Assembly (NCBI GenBank): GCA_051941275.1 | Contig: JAVEBF010000044.1 | Coordinates: 1 to 41,020 of the forward strand | Length of the DNA: 41,020 bases | Source of the DNA: Dirinaria sp. TL-2023a | Lineage: Eukaryota | Direction of reading: 5' to 3' | Part shown: piece by piece, positions 34,849-41,020 of the stretch | Position numbering within the stretch: position 1 is the stretch's first letter | How the letters are laid out: each line of letters opens with the position of its first letter | Translations under genes and position numbers: made by a program | The notes under the pieces: generated by a model | The model's input: only the letters and a program-made list of their open reading frames with translations | Database searches by the model: none | Told to the model about the DNA's origin: nothing

Positions 34849-36274
34849 GTCGACTAGCAGTCGGCCTAGTGATGGGTTTCAGATAATTGAGCGATGGGCG
34901 GCAACTGTCTTGGTGGCGGTCACTTCATGTCAAATAACCAGGCTTAGCAAGTTGTGCATAGATATAAGCAAGTCAAATATTTCCGATTTACCGTATCGCC
35001 GCAGAGGTGCCACGCTCAACTTCAGCTGTCTCTTAATTAGTCTTCATGCTGCAATATGTACGTATTTAGTGACAATTATGAAACCAGGAATTGATACCAG
35101 GAGTCTTGTTACTACAGAGATGTGTGTTGTAGATAAAACCCACGCTCACTTTCGAGGCCTTTCTCATGCCTACAATACTTGCATCACGACGTCTGCCATG
35201 CAAGATCAGGCTGAGAGTACCTAACGCCCCTTTTCTTCGAAGTTCCAGAGCCAGAACCTTCAGGGCCTTGCAAGGCAAGGGGGAAGTGTCTAGATGCGAG
35301 CGATGTCACCTCATAGGGGCCATCGATGCCACCTCAGGTGCGCATTTGATAGACATGTGGTCGCTTTTACGCAGGTATTTGACCTAGAAGCATAGAAGCA
35401 TAGGGTTTTCAGATGAGACGATCTGTCTGATGCGGCTAGCGGTATCAACGATGAGTTCAGGCAGCGCACATGACAGTCCTCTTGGCGGGGTGCCCGATGA
35501 AGCATATAATGCTCCATCGGCACCTTCTTTGGCTTCCACTTTTACTTCATTATCTGCGCATTATCGCATTGCGAAAGCGCTTTCCCCCTCACGCACTTCA
35601 GATATCGGCCGCTGAGGTAGAGCGAGTTGTTGGCGCTTTATGCGGCATGATTTGAGGCAGCTTTTGCTTGCTAGATAGACCCCTTTGGCGCCGACGAGGC
35701 CCAAAAATCTAATACAACGACTTTTGCAACACGAGCTCATGAGGCATTGAAAGCACTTCGAAGCCAAGGTGCCGACATGCAAGCCATGTACGGGGCCCAG
35801 ACTAATGGAATTCTGTCGAGAACCTCGGACAGCGCTTTGGTGCAGCGAGATGTCATTCTTGATGCCTCTTTCAGACTTGCGTTACTCAGTCTACAGCTTC
35901 AAAATTGAATCCGCAGGAAGAGTACGTCAAACTAATGAACTTATGCAGAGACCTAATACTGGGGTCTAGCAATTGGTGAGAGGTAGCGTAGATTACACGC
36001 TAAACTTGGGAGAAGCATGCATGAACTGCTAGTTGCTGTAGTTTGCTCGCTTGAGATACTATGGAGTAATCGATAGCACTTTGGCAGCCGAGATAGCTAC
36101 TCTGGGTGATTGGCTATCAAAGATGCCGGTACCCGAAACAAGCATTGCCTAATAACGATTCCCTGCGCTGAAGCCAACTTGAGGTTCGAGTAGAGCCCCT
36201 TTCTTACGGGAAACTCCCTGTCGGAGAGCGTACAGACTTAAGATGAACCCGTCAATGAAAGAAGTAACATAAGT

Positions 36275-37327
36275 TTATGAATAGCCTGGATCCACAGCAT
36301 TGAATTGCGCATCATACTCGATGGGGATCTCCGTCTCGGTCCCAAATTCATCCACTGTAAGCGCGCAGTTTCGGGTAATCAAATGCCACTCCGATTCATC
36401 GTAAGTGGTAGGCTCACTCGCAATAATCGTATGCTTGCCGATCTTGTCGTTCTCACTCTTAGTAGCTGCTTCATTGACCTTGTCTGCCCCATCCGGATGG
36501 CCTGGGTATTTCTGGTTCAGCGTTCGGCCAGCAAATTCGCTCCAATAAAGACTGGGTGGCTGTTCCGTCGCGTGGTTCCGAAAACGGATGGCGACCATCT
36601 TCTTGCCATCCGAAGTGCAGAGATTGAGACTGTTGGGCGTAGCGTTTTTGCCCAACTGCTTCTGCTGTAACTGCATGATTTGCAGGACGGTTTGTTTCAT
36701 TGCGTCCAACATGTCGGAGATCGGGTACTCTTTCTCCCACGTATCCTTTGTGCCATTTTTAGTGAGATTAGTGATGTAAAGCGCAGCAGCATGCTCAGAA
36801 TCGGTACTGCCAAGAACATTAGAGTAAGCGTCGTAACTGAACAGGTCGGTCATGTCACGGCGAATATTGGTGAAATTGGAGATGGAACCATTGTGCATGA
36901 AGACGTGGCGACCGAAGACGAAGGGATGGCTGTTGACTTGCGTGACAACGCTGCCGCTGGACGCACGGATATGTGCGAACACGCAGTAGGTCTCAGTGTT
37001 GCTGCTGAGGTTGCGGAAATTGAAGTCTGAGATAGGCGGGGACTGGGATTTGTACAAAGCAGGTCGTTGACCTGTTACATCCTTGACGTAGTCCTCGGCT
37101 GCCTTGGTGTACCACGCAACTCCGAGGCCGTCCATGTTCAGCAGGCTGTTGCGCATTTTGAGAAGGGCATCTTTGGACTCGACCAACTCGGTTTCTTCTC
37201 CATGGGGTAGAAGCTTAGGTAGATAATGCTCCGAGCACTGCTTTGAAATGGCGTTCACTGGATCGATAAGCACATCGGAAAGGAGGCAAGGCTCCTCGGG
37301 GGAGATATATGCAAACCAACGACACAT
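36275..37327 (-). CDS. Class II (Ntn) glutamine amidotransferase, DUG3-like, 350 aa, intronless
   Basis: N-terminal nucleophile MCRW. Motifs: N.DGLGVAWY, FAHIRASSG, NSHPF.FGR..FMHNG, GSTDSEH, PPSLY, IASEP. TATATAAA on the minus strand at 37440-37447. Confidence 0.9.
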   Translation of the reverse strand: MCRWFAYISPEEPCLLSDVLIDPVNAISKQCSEHYLPKLLPHGEETELVESKDALLKMRNSLLNMDGLGVAWYTKAAEDYVKDVTGQRPALYKSQSPPISDFNFRNLSSNTETYCVFAHIRASSGSVVTQVNSHPFVFGRHVFMHNGSISNFTNIRRDMTDLFSYDAYSNVLGSTDSEHAAALYITNLTKNGTKDTWEKEYPISDMLDAMKQTVLQIMQLQQKQLGKNATPNSLNLCTSDGKKMVAIRFRNHATEQPPSLYWSEFAGRTLNQKYPGHPDGADKVNEAATKSENDKIGKHTIIASEPTTYDESEWHLITRNCALTVDEFGTETEIPIEYDAQFNAVDPGYS

Positions 37328-38835
37328 CTTCCGGCGACAGATGAAAAAATCTGATGTCAGGCTAGAGAATTGTCGTCTAGTGGAGCTGTGAAGTAAGACT
37401 ATTTCTTCTCACAGGTATCTTACGATAGAACTGTCGCACTTTATATATTGGCAAGAACCGGCTCTTGGCTCGAGTTTCGGCTCTTAACGGGAGGGGAAGC
37501 AGCGACTGTTATCGTTGCACGAGGCTACGTGCAGTAGGATTTTCGTCATTTGGTATTCCTTCTCCTCCACATTCTGCTTCGATAGGCTAGCTCATATGCA
37601 CTTCGGTGTTCCAAAGAATGCGATTGAACAGCCGTGAGGGGTGCATCTACACCCGAGCTGAAATGCTCAACATAGTAAACCAGTTTGGTAGAGTGAAGGT
37701 CTGGCCACAGCCGCTCTGCAGATATTCGGCCAAAGAGATCGGAGAGAAATGATTGAACAGTGATGAGGGGTTCAGTAACGCTGGAAGGTTCCGATAGCTG
37801 TAGCGCAATTAAAGGAGGATCATCTGTTTGGAAGCTGTTTGGAAGATGGAGTACGATAGCGATGTAGGGTATTAAGTACTCCGTAAATTAGTCAGGCATG
37901 AATCGCCCAATCACAGATACTGGGACTCGCCTAATGACGCGCTAGCGGCTTTTCCGGGGAATCGGGCCAAGACAGTCCCGAGGTTCTACCGAAAGAAAGA
38001 GAACATCGACCAGTAATGAGCCATCCTGTGTCTCCAACATCGGGATCTCTTCAAAGTACAGGCGATGTGCAAACCCATTCCTATTTCCAGTTGCGAAAGC
38101 TCAAGAAAGCGTGTGCCTCAGTACAATTGGTCGTGATCAAGGAAGAACAGGAAACGTGAGCCATTCTCTGAGCGCGTTCTGTACTTGCTTCGCAAACCCT
38201 GGGTCGCGAAGAAAGGGACTGCTACGTTGGATCAACCTGAGGCAATCGCTGCTCCATGTCCACTATCATATGTCGCTCAAAAGGTCTCAATAATTACTTG
38301 GAACTCAAACGCCATGGGGGTTGCAGACTGGGGTGAAAGTCACAAAACCCCGTCTTTGGCGCCAACGAATACTGCCGCTAAAATAAATCCTTACGCAGGA
38401 GAACTGATTGAGTAGCTCACATGACTATACACGACTTCTAGCCGCATAGTATGCGAACGAATTCGAGCTGTATGGCATTACCGACAACACTACAGGACCG
38501 AGCCGAGCCGATCTCCTCTACTTATCAATTGAACCAGAAGTACATACAGGGATTCACTCTCTCAATGCTCATTGCGACCAGCTTCTGGCGGCTTATCACC
38601 CTATTATGTAACATGTTCCTGTTTCTCTGGCATGTAAAGTGGCTTGCTCTTGTCTGTCGACCTTGTATACGCGATTTGCGTATATGCGCGGTTTAGAGAC
38701 CAATAATTCTAGTACGTCACAGTCAACTTTTCTCAGGTACCATTTCAGCTTCCAGACTACATAATGCTCTTCTCGGACCTACAGTTGAACAGCAGTCTCC
38801 CATTGAATACTTTGCCGTGGACAAATAGTCTCAAC

Positions 38836-39369
38836 ATGTACATTCCCGCTCTGTCTCTTGTTATCCTTTTCTTCATCACCGCCGTACATGCAGCTTCGCG
38901 CCCAGAATGCTTCCCTGCCGGGCCAGCATGTCTTCGGCCCCAAGTGAGCGAGTGTCGCGACGCCCTTCTGAAAATGCGCTATACAGACCCGGGCTATGTG
39001 ACGCACTTCGGTCGACACTTGGTTTGGAAAAGGAACACCATTGACGTACCGCGCGTATGGCATAGCTATCCGGAAAACTGCAATGTCAAATTAGACGCTG
39101 TTACCGACCACGCTACAGACCAGTTCAGGTTACAAACACTGACAACCCAGGGTGAGGCAATCCTTAGTGCTTGTATCACTGGCGGGACCCACTGTGGAGG
39201 AATCATCAATGTTGGTCCGAAAAGGGTCATGCAGCTTTCAGTCGGCTACTATTCGTCCATTTCCGAGACGCCACTGGACGAAGAAACAACCGCGAACATA
39301 TCACTTTCCAGACGCCCGGGGGCTCTCAATGACAGTCTAGAAATCGACAACACTAAGGCAACCTCTTGA
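38836..39369 (+). CDS. Small secreted protein, 177 aa, 6 Cys, unknown function
   Basis: Signal peptide MYIPALSLVILFFITAVHA from ATG 38836, six cysteines, and an open frame to TGA at 39369. Confidence 0.75.
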   Translation: MYIPALSLVILFFITAVHAASRPECFPAGPACLRPQVSECRDALLKMRYTDPGYVTHFGRHLVWKRNTIDVPRVWHSYPENCNVKLDAVTDHATDQFRLQTLTTQGEAILSACITGGTHCGGIINVGPKRVMQLSVGYYSSISETPLDEETTANISLSRRPGALNDSLEIDNTKATS

Positions 39370-41020
39370 TAGGATTGAAAAGATTTCGGACAAGCTCCCA
39401 TGGGTGAGCTTTGCGGCCTTAATGAATGGCACTAGTCATACGAAATCAAAGACTGCATTTTCGTCCATCCGTGTCAGAAGAACTGTTTGGCTTGTATTCT
39501 TGCCAAGCTCCTCTATCCATTTTGAGACCCAAACTTCAGTGTTGCCAAGAGGCTGTATACTTGGCTTATTCTATGGAATCAATGATTCGGAAGCGGTCAT
39601 AACACTGGGCGGCGAGAGTACTATTAGCCTCGTCGAAATCACAGATCCGGACTCGGCGCGCTCCTTTACTGTACGGTATATGCCAGCTAAGACTCTGGCT
39701 GTAATGTTGATTGACAAGGTCAATTTCATTCCTGAGCGCTTGCAAGTCTTCCTTTAGACCAGAAAAGTAATCTTAATTTAGGACTGCATCAGCAATTTGT
39801 GCCACCGAGAAATGGAATCCGAAACCCATTTTCTTGGATCTTTACTCTTGGTTGCATTTCCATAATTGTCATCACCCAAACGGCAGCCAGCATTGGAGAA
39901 CATAAAGAGCTGCCGATAGTCGGCTCTGCCATGATGATATGCGCAACTTCTATATAGCATTACCAAATGGCGTCGCTTATCGAGGGCACTGCCCGCTGGT
40001 CTCTGTACTACGAGACTTAACTAACATTATCTTATGTACAAACAACCTCCGCATGCTGACCTAGACTCCTAATGATACCGTATTTGGCCTTTCCGTTCAT
40101 TGAAAATGTGCAAACGCAAGTATTGCCGATTCAGATCAATGTCTTGACGAGCGGTATTGCGGACTCTTCGACTGGTTGCTCGCTAGCGGTCGTGCCTAAG
40201 GTCACGAATCCCTAATTTTGGGTAGTCTTGCAGGTCGTACCTCCTTTAAGCCGTACTGTGGTAAGATTCTTTGAACTTTCGTCAGCCGCAATGTCCTACT
40301 AATGTAGGTCTTCAGACAGTTTCCTTCGGTATTGATATAATCTCACGATCCACGTAGTTACTTTCTGATGCCCATTGAGATCGGATACGTTAACCGAGAT
40401 ACGCCGACGCTACACCCGAGGACCCCACGATATCCCACGCTCTAGCAAGAACGGGTGCTCGTTGCTTGAGTCACCTATTAGTGTATTTATGCTATTCTTT
40501 CTACCATTCAACGATGCTGATACCAATTTTAACAGCTTGTCCGCTTGACAATAGCTCTCTATTGACGGCTGTGGGCATCTCGTTGACACGTTTTGCTATA
40601 GTATACTGAAATTCTAGCTCAGGTAAGTGCAACTTCTCACCCATACAACGAATCTCTTACAGCCATTATATTTTCCGACGAGTTTCACGATTCTTACTGC
40701 AGATTTTACTCACCTTGGAAGGAAATCTCCCCCTGGGTCCAGCCGCCCAGAAAGTGTGGCTCCCGCAATTGCTCAATAGCTTCGACAGATGCACTTCTGT
40801 GTCTCTGACAAAAATCACTCAAAGTAAGAAGTGTCTTTGAGTTAGCCGCTAGTACTCCCATGCTACGAGGTCAGCCGAGGAGTATAATCCATAAACGAGA
40901 ATCGGGGATACGCGCTTCACCCGCATAACCGACGGCTTAGGTCTTAAATACCATTATTCCCCGGAATTTTTATTATCAAGACGATCAGTCTTTGGCAAAA
41001 TCGCTCATTTAGGTAAATAT

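Noticed and set aside
1..41020. CRISPR arrays, rRNA/tRNA genes, intact transposons, prokaryotic operon features
   Set aside because: Spliceosomal introns show the DNA is eukaryotic. I saw no repeat-spacer arrays, transposase/RT motifs, terminal repeats or recognisable structural RNA.

Overview
Eukaryotic, intron-containing fungal (filamentous ascomycete) DNA. The left half (about 1.4-21.8 kb) is a compact six-gene secondary-metabolite cluster with an enzyme combination I do not recognise from any characterised pathway. It comprises a Tri3-like HxxxD acyltransferase, a non-reducing PKS (SAT-KS-AT-PT-ACP-esterase, no C-methyltransferase), a divergently transcribed single-module NRPS-like gene (half C-A-T, no release domain), a cystathionine gamma-synthase-like PLP enzyme, a threonine aldolase-like PLP enzyme and a large fungal ATP-grasp ligase. 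All six splice by hand into intact frames with their catalytic motifs. The inferred product is an aromatic polyketide joined to a non-proteinogenic amino acid or peptide. No transcription factor, transporter or oxidoreductase is visible, so the cluster may extend left of the window. The right half is gene-sparse: pseudogene relics (a broken MYND finger and a stop-interrupted ORF region), a DUF2306-like membrane protein, a small CxxC/coiled-coil ORF, two small secreted Cys-rich proteins and a DUG3-like class II glutamine amidotransferase. Family assignments come from motif recognition only; no database search was run.
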